A stretch of DNA of 28,448 nt from a virus. Its lineage: Duplodnaviria; Caudoviricetes. Below are positions 8,733-16,817 of this stretch, one piece after another (positions within the stretch are counted from its first letter, which is position 1; each line of letters starts with the position of its first letter). Both the position numbers and the translations under genes were made by a program. The stretch spans positions 1-28,448 of IMG/VR virus record IMGVR_UViG_3300033475_000123. One strand, written 5' to 3'. Below the pieces are notes generated by a model. The model made no database searches. It saw nothing but the letters and a program-made list of their open reading frames with translations, and had not been told where the DNA came from.

Positions 8733-9420
8733 TCAGGCGCCGGTGCGCAAGAAGCCGGGCCCGCCGAAGGGTTCGCGCCGTGGCCCAATCGCGGCGAAGC
8801 CTCAGCCGAAGCAGCAGGCGCAGGCCGCTCCCGCGGTACGGCGCGCGGCTCCTCGTGCTGTGCCTCCGCGCGCAGAATCGGCCAGAGACCTTGCGCGCGA
8901 GAACCCTCGGGATGGCGCGGTGGTCGCGCTGTCTCGTGACGGCACGCGGCTCACGCGCCGCCGCATCGCTTCCGGAGACCCGCTGGATGTGCCGAAGAAC
9001 GAGATCCCGGCCGGGTGGGACTACCAGTGGAATCCTGTGACGGTGCTGAACAAGGGCATCAACGAGGTACTGCAGGGCGACCTATTGATGTACCAGAACG
9101 GTTGGCGTCCGGTACCTGCCTCGCGTCATCCCGGCCGGTGGACGCCGGTTGGCTTCGAGGGTGAAATCGTTCACCAGGGCCTGCGCCTAGAGGAGCGTCC
9201 CATGTCGCTGTCCCAGGAGGCCCGCGAGGAGGACGAAAAGATCGCCCGCGCCCAGGTTCGGGATCGTACCGATGCGCTGAAGATGACACAGAAATCGCTG
9301 CCCGGCGCCAACGTGTCGCGCAAGCGCGGTCAGGCCGGCGGCCTCAAAATCGATTTCAGTGACGACGGCCACGACATCCCGCGGCCGGAGCATGAGCTGG
9401 ACGGGGACGACGAGATTTGA
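8710..9420 (+). CDS. Head-module protein, paralog 2 (YQWNP...GWRPVP..RH...GLRLEERP)
   Basis: AAGGGA RBS; same motif block as the upstream gene; occupies the usual slot between scaffold and capsid genes. Confidence 0.75.
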   Translation: MTEPMEIDQAPVRKKPGPPKGSRRGPIAAKPQPKQQAQAAPAVRRAAPRAVPPRAESARDLARENPRDGAVVALSRDGTRLTRRRIASGDPLDVPKNEIPAGWDYQWNPVTVLNKGINEVLQGDLLMYQNGWRPVPASRHPGRWTPVGFEGEIVHQGLRLEERPMSLSQEAREEDEKIARAQVRDRTDALKMTQKSLPGANVSRKRGQAGGLKIDFSDDGHDIPRPEHELDGDDEI

Positions 9421-9452
9421 GCCGGTATCGGCTGCAGATGCTGATCTTCATC

Positions 9453-9479
9453 GCGGGGCACCATCGATCGGTGCCCCGT
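9453..9479 (+). terminator. GC-rich stem-loop, possible weak terminator or stabiliser
   Basis: GCGGGGCACC-ATCGATC-GGTGCCCCGT followed by A/T-rich AATCTTATCATTCT; no clean U-tract. Confidence 0.35.
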
Positions 9480-9508
9480 AATCTTATCATTCTCAGGTTG
9501 AGGCGCTA

Positions 9509-10207
9509 ATGGCCAAGGTTTTTGTCTTCGTGCCGGCCTATGGTCGGCAGATTACCACCACGACGTTCGAGACGACGCACGGGCTCATGAGCGCGCTCAG
9601 CGCGAAAGGAATCCACGCCTCGATCGGCTCGTTCTCATGGCCAGACATTGAGGAGATCCGCAACGTCGTCCTGTCCTATTGGTACGACGTCATGAAGGAT
9701 TTTACTCACCTTCTGTTCATCGACGCCGACGTCGGTTTCCCGCCGCAGATGGTGATCGACATGCTGACGTTTGGAGAGCCCTTGGTGGGCGCGACGTATC
9801 CCAAAAAGACGCTGCCGATCGAATTTGTCGGGTCCGGTATCGAGGCGCCGGACTTTCGCAAGGGGTTCATCGAGGTCGAGGGGCTAGGATTTGGCTGCGT
9901 GCTGATTCGGCGCGATGCGATCCCGCCGATGATCGAGAAATTTCCGGACAAGATTTATCCCTACATCGCGGTGCCGGACATGAGGTGGGATGGTCCGGAG
10001 CGGACGCTCGGCTTCTTCGATTGCATGCGGATCGACCGTGGCAAGGTGAGCGAAGACATTTCGTTTTGCCGCCGCTATCGCGAGGCCGGCGGCAAGGTGT
10101 GGATGTCGACCGCATACACGACATCGCACGAGGGTCCGTTCCTGTTCTCCGGGTGCTTCGCCAAGCACCGGGAGGCCAAGATTGAGGAAAAGCAAGCGGC
10201 TGAATGA
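9509..10207 (+). CDS. GT-A fold (GT2-like) glycosyltransferase
   Basis: N-terminal beta strand VFVFVPAY; 'RN' motif; THLLFIDAD (DxD); GFGCVLIRR; SEDISFCRR; C-terminal H-x-G. Confidence 0.8.
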   Translation: MAKVFVFVPAYGRQITTTTFETTHGLMSALSAKGIHASIGSFSWPDIEEIRNVVLSYWYDVMKDFTHLLFIDADVGFPPQMVIDMLTFGEPLVGATYPKKTLPIEFVGSGIEAPDFRKGFIEVEGLGFGCVLIRRDAIPPMIEKFPDKIYPYIAVPDMRWDGPERTLGFFDCMRIDRGKVSEDISFCRRYREAGGKVWMSTAYTTSHEGPFLFSGCFAKHREAKIEEKQAAE

Positions 10208-10210
10208 CCG

Positions 10211-10415
10211 CGATGCTGTTGACAGCGTCGGAACTTTCGCATAGGGAAGATTTCGACGCTGATTATTTCAGCACGTTGATCCGCCAGATGGCCTGATCAA
10301 CCCGGCAGACGCCCTGCCACTCTACCGACAGCAAGCCGCAGTCGGCCGAAACCCAGGCGTATCATCCCAGCCGTGCGTGCTCGGAGAGGCCTCCGTTTAA
10401 CCGGAGCGATTTCTC
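10211..10415 (+). promoter_or_regulatory. Structured intergenic leader (series of hairpins, RBS-sequestering alternative)
   Basis: At least six inverted repeats read by eye; CTCCG 10391-10395 can pair with CGGAG 10382-10386 or with the RBS CGGAG 10402-10406. Confidence 0.45.
10219..10247 (+). promoter_or_regulatory. Candidate sigma70-type promoter for the capsid genes
   Basis: Perfect TTGACA at 10219-10224, 17-nt spacer, weak -10 TAGGGA, in the largest intergenic gap. Confidence 0.35.
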
Positions 10416-11018
10416 GTGGCCAACACCCAGGCGACTTTTGGCTTCCGCCACATCGGATATACCTCCGGCGGTGCCCCCGACTATCAGCTTGCAACCGGCC
10501 TTATCGCGTCGGCCAACACCACCAAGATTTTTCGCGGCGACCCCGTCATCTACGACCCGACCACGGGCAAGGTGAAGCAGGCCGCGGCAGGAGCAACGCA
10601 GGCGCTGGCCGGCGTCTTCGACGGTTGCGTCTATACGCCCGTAGGTGGCACACCGCAGTGGTCGCCGTTCTGGCCGGGCGCGGGCGCCTCGGTTGACCCG
10701 ACCGCCTACATCATCAACGCGCCGAATGCGCTGTTCCTGGTGGCGGCCCTCAACACTTCGATCGTGACCGCCAACATCGGCGAGAACGTCGACTTCAACA
10801 TCGGTACCGGCAACACTTCCACGGGGTTCTCCGGCGCCACCGTTGAGCAGACGTCGCTCAACACCACGAACACGCTGCCGTTCCGCATCGTCGCTCCCGT
10901 CACCACCTCCGGCAACTTCGGCGTGGTCGGCAATGGCGGCGATCCGACGACGCCGTACGGCTGGTGTGTCGTGACGTTCAACAACACCACCTTCAAGCAG
11001 CTCCAGGGTCTGGCGTAA
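10416..11018 (+). CDS. Capsid decoration/cement (minor capsid) protein
   Basis: 'MAN....FGFR', 'IF.GD.V', 'GVF.GC.Y', 'LPFRIV' pattern; beta-rich; immediately upstream of the major capsid gene. Confidence 0.7.
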   Translation: MANTQATFGFRHIGYTSGGAPDYQLATGLIASANTTKIFRGDPVIYDPTTGKVKQAAAGATQALAGVFDGCVYTPVGGTPQWSPFWPGAGASVDPTAYIINAPNALFLVAALNTSIVTANIGENVDFNIGTGNTSTGFSGATVEQTSLNTTNTLPFRIVAPVTTSGNFGVVGNGGDPTTPYGWCVVTFNNTTFKQLQGLA

Positions 11019-11047
11019 CGCCTGACCTGACCTCAAGGGGATAATCG

Positions 11048-11962
11048 ATGCCTATTGCACTTGCGAGTATCCGGTCGGAGCTGCTGCCGGGCCTCTTTGA
11101 CGTCCGTGGCTCTTACGAGATGATCCCGCGCCAGTGGGACAAGGTCTTCAAGACCCACAAGTCGGCGATGGCGGTCGAGCGTTCGACCCAGATGGCGTTC
11201 GTGGCGCTGCCGTTCCTGAAGGATGAAGGCGCGGCGACGCAGTTCGACAACAACGCCGGCGAGCGCTTCACCTGGGCCTTCGTGCACATCGAGGTCGCTC
11301 TTGGCTATGCGATCACCCGCAAGGCGATCGACGACAACCTCTACAAGGCGCAGTTCAATCCGACCAACCTGAAGCTCCAGGAAGCGTTCGCGCAGTTCAA
11401 GGAGATCCAGGGCGCCAACGTCCTGAACCTCGGCAACGTCTACAACAGCAGCCAGATCGGCGACGGTGTAGCGCTGTTCTCGACGGCCCACCCGTGGGAC
11501 CAGGGCACTTGGGCCAACACGTCCTCGACGCCGAAGTCGCTGAACGAAACGTCGCTGCTTGCCGTCATGGCGAACGTGCGCTCGAACTTCGTCAACGAGC
11601 GCGGCCTGAAGATCCTGGCCCGTGCGCGCCGACTGGTCGTGCCGGTCAACCTGCAGCCGGTTGCGATCCGCCTGCTCAAGACCGAGCTTCGCCCGGGCAC
11701 GGCCGACAACGACGTGAACGCCATCCTCACGACCTCCGGCGGCCTGCCGGAAGGTTTCCTGGTGATGGACTTCCTCACCTCGAATTTCGCGTGGTTCATC
11801 ACGACGAACATCGAGGGTCTGATCCACATGATGCGCATCCCGTACGAGAGCGACATGTGGGTCGACAACATCACCGACAACCTGCTGGTCAAGGCCTACG
11901 AGCGTTATTCGTTCGGCTACAACGACCCGCGCGCGGCCTGGGGTGAGTTTCCGACCTCGTAA
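11048..11962 (+). CDS. Major capsid protein (HK97 fold)
   Basis: 304 aa; 'ELLPGL', 'K.EG', 'ALGYAIT..AIDDNLY', 'GDGVALFSTAHP', 'DNDVNA', 'ERYSFG..DPR' motifs; highly biased codons. Confidence 0.9.
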   Translation: MPIALASIRSELLPGLFDVRGSYEMIPRQWDKVFKTHKSAMAVERSTQMAFVALPFLKDEGAATQFDNNAGERFTWAFVHIEVALGYAITRKAIDDNLYKAQFNPTNLKLQEAFAQFKEIQGANVLNLGNVYNSSQIGDGVALFSTAHPWDQGTWANTSSTPKSLNETSLLAVMANVRSNFVNERGLKILARARRLVVPVNLQPVAIRLLKTELRPGTADNDVNAILTTSGGLPEGFLVMDFLTSNFAWFITTNIEGLIHMMRIPYESDMWVDNITDNLLVKAYERYSFGYNDPRAAWGEFPTS

Positions 11963-12001
11963 GGGGTCGGGCACTTACTTCGCAGCAATTGAGGATCGAG
12001 C

Positions 12002-12505
12002 ATGGCCGTACAGGCGCAAATCGTTGCACCTCTGGTTCAGAACGGTGTGTCCGGATCGGCCTTTGTCGGTCCGGTCGTCTCCGGCAACCATATGGGCCCG
12101 AATGTGTCCGGCGTGGGCCCAAATCTCGGCCTGTCGGTCTGCATGCAGGAGATCGTGCTTAACTCCAACGGCACGAACGCCGTTAGCGGCACGGTCTATC
12201 TACCCAAGCATTCGGTGATTATCGACATCATTGCGGACACGCTGACAGCCTGGAACTCGGCGACCTCCGACACTTTGTCGGTCGGCACCGCGGCGGCCGG
12301 CACACAATATGCGAGCGGGGTCGACACCAAGACGGCGGCGGGGCGTACGCGCCCGACGTTTACGGCAACCCAACTCAGCAATATGCAGGACACCGGCTCA
12401 AATGAAGCCGTGGTCGCCACCATCACGCCAGTTGGCTCTGCCTCCGCAGGTCAGACCGTGGTAACCATCGTCTACGTGCAGACCGTCAACTGGCAGAACC
12501 CGTAA
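12002..12505 (+). CDS. Putative capsid-associated beta-rich virion protein
   Basis: GAGGA RBS; 'LP..S.IIDI..D...AWN.....LSVG' pattern; directly after the major capsid gene. Confidence 0.65.
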   Translation: MAVQAQIVAPLVQNGVSGSAFVGPVVSGNHMGPNVSGVGPNLGLSVCMQEIVLNSNGTNAVSGTVYLPKHSVIIDIIADTLTAWNSATSDTLSVGTAAAGTQYASGVDTKTAAGRTRPTFTATQLSNMQDTGSNEAVVATITPVGSASAGQTVVTIVYVQTVNWQNP

Positions 12506-12530
12506 CGGGTGAGGCCTGAAGGAGAGAGAG

Positions 12531-12767
12531 ATGGCCGAAAAAGTTTCGGGCAACCCCAACGTCTTCAAGGAAGCTGCCGAGCGCAAGCGTGGCGGCCGCA
12601 TTGAGAACCTGAAGAAGGGCAAGAAGCATCACGGCAAGCCGGAAGGCGAGATGGCCAAGATGCGGATGGATCGCCCGCGTCGCATGAGCGGCGGTCGGTG
12701 CGGCTCAGACAAGAATCCGTTCTCGTCGGCCCACAAGACCTCGTCGGCCAGCAAGAGCGCGGACTGA
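12531..12767 (+). CDS. Small highly basic protein with GG motifs (putative internal DNA-binding virion protein)
   Basis: AAGGAG RBS; K/R-rich; RKRGGRI and RRMSGGRC. Confidence 0.75.
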   Translation: MAEKVSGNPNVFKEAAERKRGGRIENLKKGKKHHGKPEGEMAKMRMDRPRRMSGGRCGSDKNPFSSAHKTSSASKSAD

Positions 12768-12772
12768 TTGCC

Positions 12773-12973
12773 GTGGCGAAGCTGACGTCCCAGGAGCGGA
12801 AGGATCTACCGGCGAAGGAATTTGCCGGGCCCGACCGCTCCTATCCAATTCCGGACGCCAGCCACGCACGCAATGCGCTGAGCCGGGTGAGCCAGTACGG
12901 CTACCCCGAATTGAAGGAACGAGTACGGGCTGCCGTACACCGCAAGTTCCCCGGCATCGGACAGGGCGACTGA
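12773..12973 (+). CDS. Small conserved phage protein (LP..EFA...RSYPIPD.SHARNAL.RV.Q)
   Basis: GTG start after the previous stop; motif recognised from phage head modules. Confidence 0.7.
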   Translation: MAKLTSQERKDLPAKEFAGPDRSYPIPDASHARNALSRVSQYGYPELKERVRAAVHRKFPGIGQGD

Positions 12974-12997
12974 GCGGTCCACCAGGAGATCGCTACA

Positions 12998-13333
12998 GTG
13001 CTCTTGAGCCACGATGTTACCTACACCACCACGGGCACCAAGCCTTCGGTCGATTTGGATCCGGCAATCGCTCCGTTCTCGGCGACGGTGGCGGTGACCC
13101 TCACCACTGGGCCTGCCAGCTACAAGCTGCAGTACACGATCGACGACTTCAGCGACCCCCTCAAGACCGATGCCACGGCATCCTGGTTCGATAGCGTGGA
13201 CATTCCGGCGGGCACCGCCGCCAGCGCTGTTAGCGCTCTTTCGTCGCCTGTCACGCGCGTGCGGCTTGTCATCGCTACGCTCACGGCCGGATCCCTGCGC
13301 CTACAGACGCAGCAGGGCATGTCGATCAACTAA
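12998..13333 (+). CDS. Hypothetical beta-rich virion protein (111 aa)
   Basis: AGGAG RBS; Thr/Ser/Ala-rich; 'LQYT.DD', 'PVT.VRL'. Confidence 0.7.
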   Translation: MLLSHDVTYTTTGTKPSVDLDPAIAPFSATVAVTLTTGPASYKLQYTIDDFSDPLKTDATASWFDSVDIPAGTAASAVSALSSPVTRVRLVIATLTAGSLRLQTQQGMSIN

Positions 13334-13341
13334 GGGGCAGC

Positions 13342-13923
13342 ATGATCATGAAGCGAGCGCTGTTTGTTGTTTTGGCGCTGCTCTCGTTCGTCGCGCCTGC
13401 CTTTTCCCAGGTGACGCCGGTAAGGGTGGTTTCCGGGAATACGTATTCCGCTGCCGTTGACGTCTACACTGGCTACGCCAATCCGACCGACATCGTCTCG
13501 ATCGTGGGATCGGCGCAGAAGGTCGTCAAGATCGTCAACATCCGGGTTTCCGGATACGCGACCGCCAACGACGTCATCCAAATCGATCTCGTGCGCCGCT
13601 CTGCCGCGGATACCGGCGGCACGCCAACCATCGCCACCAACGTGCCGCTGGACACGCTGAGCCCAGCTGCGACGGCTGTCGTTACCTCGTACGCATCGGC
13701 GCCGGGCACGTCAGGCTTGATCGGAAACATCTGCGCGTGCCAAGTTGAGTTGCCGGCCAAGGCTGGCGTGGGCGGCTATGTCCTGCAGTGGGATTTCAAC
13801 GAGAACGGCGGATCTCCGCTGGTGCTGCGCGGCGCGGCCGAGACGGTGGCCCTGAATTTGCTGGGGGCGACGTTGCCGAGCGGCGGCACCCTGAACATCA
13901 CCATCCGGTGGGTCGAGGAATGA
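13342..13923 (+). CDS. Beta-sandwich-like protein with Sec signal peptide
   Basis: MIMKR-ALFVVLALLSFV-APAFS|Q tripartite signal; beta-rich mature part. Confidence 0.75.
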   Translation: MIMKRALFVVLALLSFVAPAFSQVTPVRVVSGNTYSAAVDVYTGYANPTDIVSIVGSAQKVVKIVNIRVSGYATANDVIQIDLVRRSAADTGGTPTIATNVPLDTLSPAATAVVTSYASAPGTSGLIGNICACQVELPAKAGVGGYVLQWDFNENGGSPLVLRGAAETVALNLLGATLPSGGTLNITIRWVEE

Positions 13924-13938
13924 CCGAGGAGACGATCG

Positions 13939-14226
13939 ATGGCTAACGGAGCGCTCACCAAGACCAGCCTTGTGGCCACGGCTGTGGCAAAGCAGGTGAT
14001 TCCCGGCAACTCGCTGCGCAATTACCTGCTCATCGAGAACGTCGGGACGAACGATCTTGAGTTCGGTTTCGATTCGTCGCTGGCGGTCGGAAGTGGGATA
14101 GTGCTTTCCCCGGGCGGTCTCGGCAAGCAAGGTGGGTTTCTCGTTTGGGATGGCAACTTCATCCCGACAAACCCGATCTGGGTGATCTCGGCCGTCGGCT
14201 CGACGATCACCATCCTGGAGGGCTGA
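13939..14226 (+). CDS. Small virion-associated protein (95 aa)
   Basis: GAGGAG RBS; 'N..RNYLLIEN.G' pattern. Confidence 0.7.
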   Translation: MANGALTKTSLVATAVAKQVIPGNSLRNYLLIENVGTNDLEFGFDSSLAVGSGIVLSPGGLGKQGGFLVWDGNFIPTNPIWVISAVGSTITILEG

Positions 14227-14227
14227 A

Positions 14228-15721
14228 ATGCGCGCGATTTTCTACGCCCTGGTCGGCGCTATTTTGTGGGCGGCTTCGGCCGCCGCGCAGCCGTTTCCTC
14301 CGTCGCAAAACCCGGTATTGCCGCGCGTTGTCGGGAACATCCCCGCTGCCGTCACCTGGGATGGTACGAATTTCCCGATCTTCCCATCGATCATCTATCA
14401 GGCGGGGGCGGCCCCAATCGGTAGCGCTGGGATCACTCCAGAGGCGCTGTTCGATCGGTTTTCGACGTCAAGGTCGGCGCCAGGGGCGACGTTCTATGCT
14501 GCCGCCACCGGAGGGTCCGACTCCAACAACTGCCTCACCGCCGGCGCAGCTTGCGCCTCAATTGGTCACGCCGTCACCCTCTGCAACGCCGCTGCGGTCC
14601 CGTGCACCATATTCGTCTCCGGCGGCACCTCGAACATCTTCTACAAGGGTGCCGGCTTCACCAACTTCGGCACGATCTTCCCCACGGTCGACATCGCCTT
14701 TATTGCGACCGGCGGCGCGCGCATCAGGATGTGCATCTGCGACGCTTTCGCGGCGCCATCGAAGGATGCGACGTTTACCAACACCTATTCCTATGCGGTG
14801 ACAAACGTCGAGCGCGTGGTCGACACGTCGCGGCGAGACCAGTTCGGCGACTACATCGAGTTGACCAACGTATCGACGGCGGCGATCGCCAACGTCACAC
14901 CGAACTCGTATGCGCTGGTGGCTGGCACGATCTACATCCAGCGCTATGACGGCTCGGCCGTTACCAATGCCAACACGACGGTCTATCGGTCCTTGGGCGG
15001 TGCCAACGTCTATCTCAACAACGCGACCCAGACGAGCCTGTACATGGGCGGCCAGACCGCGGCAGATGGGTTCGATGTCGAAGGGGGGGCGGACGGTTTC
15101 AAGACCGCGTTCACCACCTATGTCTCAGCACTTGATGCGGTGGTGATTTCCAACACGTCGTTCAAGTATGCCGGCGGCACCGTCACCACGACCGGCAACT
15201 GCACGTCGGTGCACAGCTACAACGGCATCGTGGCGTATTTCAACACGCAGGCCGACAAGTGTTGGTCAGATGGGTTCAACGCGCACAACGATCTCACCCT
15301 GACGGGCGGAACGGCGGTAACCTCGATCCTCACGGTAAATGTGGCTGCGTTCGATAACGGGCGCGGCACCAGCCAGTCCAACAACTGTCTCACCAACCAC
15401 GAAGACGTCAAGGCGATCGACATCGGTGCATGGTGCTGGGACAACCATGGCGGCTCGATCCGCAACATCAACTCGACCAAGTTTTACGGGCTCGGATCTT
15501 TCGTGCAGCTCGACCTTGGCGACATCGTTTATGGAGGCACGCAGCCCTCCACGGCGTTCCGAGTCGACAATACGTCGATCATGTACCTGGACACGATCCA
15601 ATTTCAGATGCCCGCCGGAACATATGGCCTTTACGCGACATCCGGGGCATCCATCTTTGTCCGCAACTCTCCGATCGGTCGCCAGCCTAACGCCGGCGCA
15701 GGTACTTTTGGGACGTTCTGA
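14228..15721 (+). CDS. Signal-peptide-bearing tailspike-like / right-handed beta-helix protein
   Basis: MR-AIFYALVGAILW-AASAAA|Q; 'GSDSNNCLT....CASI..A' N-terminal motif and 'DGFNAH', 'DNGRG', 'DNHGG' beta-helix-like turns; 10 Cys. Confidence 0.65.
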   Translation: MRAIFYALVGAILWAASAAAQPFPPSQNPVLPRVVGNIPAAVTWDGTNFPIFPSIIYQAGAAPIGSAGITPEALFDRFSTSRSAPGATFYAAATGGSDSNNCLTAGAACASIGHAVTLCNAAAVPCTIFVSGGTSNIFYKGAGFTNFGTIFPTVDIAFIATGGARIRMCICDAFAAPSKDATFTNTYSYAVTNVERVVDTSRRDQFGDYIELTNVSTAAIANVTPNSYALVAGTIYIQRYDGSAVTNANTTVYRSLGGANVYLNNATQTSLYMGGQTAADGFDVEGGADGFKTAFTTYVSALDAVVISNTSFKYAGGTVTTTGNCTSVHSYNGIVAYFNTQADKCWSDGFNAHNDLTLTGGTAVTSILTVNVAAFDNGRGTSQSNNCLTNHEDVKAIDIGAWCWDNHGGSIRNINSTKFYGLGSFVQLDLGDIVYGGTQPSTAFRVDNTSIMYLDTIQFQMPAGTYGLYATSGASIFVRNSPIGRQPNAGAGTFGTF

Positions 15722-16422
15722 TGGCATCCTCCGGCACCTACAATTATGCGATCTCCAACGGAGAGGTGGTGCTGGCGGCCTATGAGCGCATCAAGGTCTT
15801 CGCGCCGTCGATCCGCGTCGAGCACATGATGACGGCGCGCCGCGAGCTTAACCTCGTGCTCGCAGAGGCTGCGAACAAGCAGGTCAATCTCTGGAAGGTC
15901 GACAAGGTCACGGTGCCGCTGATCAACGGGCAGGCTACCTACAGCGTCGATCCCAGCACCGTCATGATCCTGGATGGGTGGATCACGACGGGTACGGATT
16001 CGCCATCCGACGCGAACGACATTTACATCGTTCCGATCTCGCGCACGGAGTACGCCTCGTTCTCCCAGAAGCAGGCGCCGGGGCGTCCGACCTGTTACTG
16101 GTTCGATCGCCTGCTTTCGCCCACCTTCACGCTGTGGCCGGTACCGAACCAGAACAACCAGTACAGCTTCAATTACTATCGCTGCATCCAGATGCAGGAT
16201 GCGAACCTGCCGGGCGGCGAGACGCCGGACCTACCGTACCTGTGGCTTCCGTGGTTCGTTGCGGCCATGTCGCACGCGCTCTCCCGCGTCTATTCGACGC
16301 CCGATATGGAGAAGATGCGCAAGGCCGATCGCGATGAAGCGTGGACGATCGCCGCGACGCAGAACGTCGAGAACGTGCCCGTCACCATCTCCCCCAACAT
16401 CGGAAGCTACTACCGTCGGTAG
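15721..16422 (+). CDS. Head-tail adaptor / neck protein
   Basis: 'MASSGTY', 'ARRELNL...E.AN..VNLW', 'ISR.EY', 'GRPT.YWFDR', 'LWPVP' pattern; gene position. Confidence 0.65.
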   Translation: MASSGTYNYAISNGEVVLAAYERIKVFAPSIRVEHMMTARRELNLVLAEAANKQVNLWKVDKVTVPLINGQATYSVDPSTVMILDGWITTGTDSPSDANDIYIVPISRTEYASFSQKQAPGRPTCYWFDRLLSPTFTLWPVPNQNNQYSFNYYRCIQMQDANLPGGETPDLPYLWLPWFVAAMSHALSRVYSTPDMEKMRKADRDEAWTIAATQNVENVPVTISPNIGSYYRR

Positions 16423-16445
16423 GGGCTCAGTGATATGGAGGGAAT

Positions 16446-16808
16446 ATGGCACATCGTCCGCATCCAAAAATGGCGCGCACGAACCCCCGGCATCCGGAGG
16501 GGTGGGGGACGTGTCAGCGCTGCGGGTTTATCGGCAACCTCGTGGACTTCAATACTCAGTACCAGTGGGCTGGCCTGCGGCTAGTTTCTCTCAACCTACA
16601 GGTTTGCGACACCTGCCTCGATGAGCCGCAGCGGCAGCTTGGATCGATCGTGCTGCCGCCGGATCCGGAGCCGTTGATGCGCGCGCTGCCGGAATCGTAC
16701 GCAATCGATGAATACTGGCCACGTCTCGTGCAGGGCGGCCAGCCGCGCTATCTGCAAGGGGGGCGCCCGCGCTATCTGCAGGTCATCAAATACTACGACA
16801 CCAACTGA
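16446..16808 (+). CDS. Conserved CxxC...CxxC virion-module protein with C-terminal QGGxPRYL repeat
   Basis: GGAGG RBS; CQRC and CDTC; 'D.PQ.QL', 'DPEP'. Confidence 0.75.
   Translation: MAHRPHPKMARTNPRHPEGWGTCQRCGFIGNLVDFNTQYQWAGLRLVSLNLQVCDTCLDEPQRQLGSIVLPPDPEPLMRALPESYAIDEYWPRLVQGGQPRYLQGGRPRYLQVIKYYDTN
16731..16781 (+). repeat. Tandem 24-nt coding repeat (QGGQPRYL-QGGRPRYL-Q)
   Basis: CAGGGCGGCCAGCCGCGCTATCTG followed by CAAGGGGGGCGCCCGCGCTATCTG. Confidence 0.8.
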
Positions 16809-16817
16809 GGGGGCACC

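Noticed and set aside
11943-12218. Possible +1 frameshift (TTT-C) or readthrough extension of the major capsid protein
   Set aside because: The +1 frame is a shadow of gene 12002 with implausible composition; in-frame readthrough hits TGA at 11990
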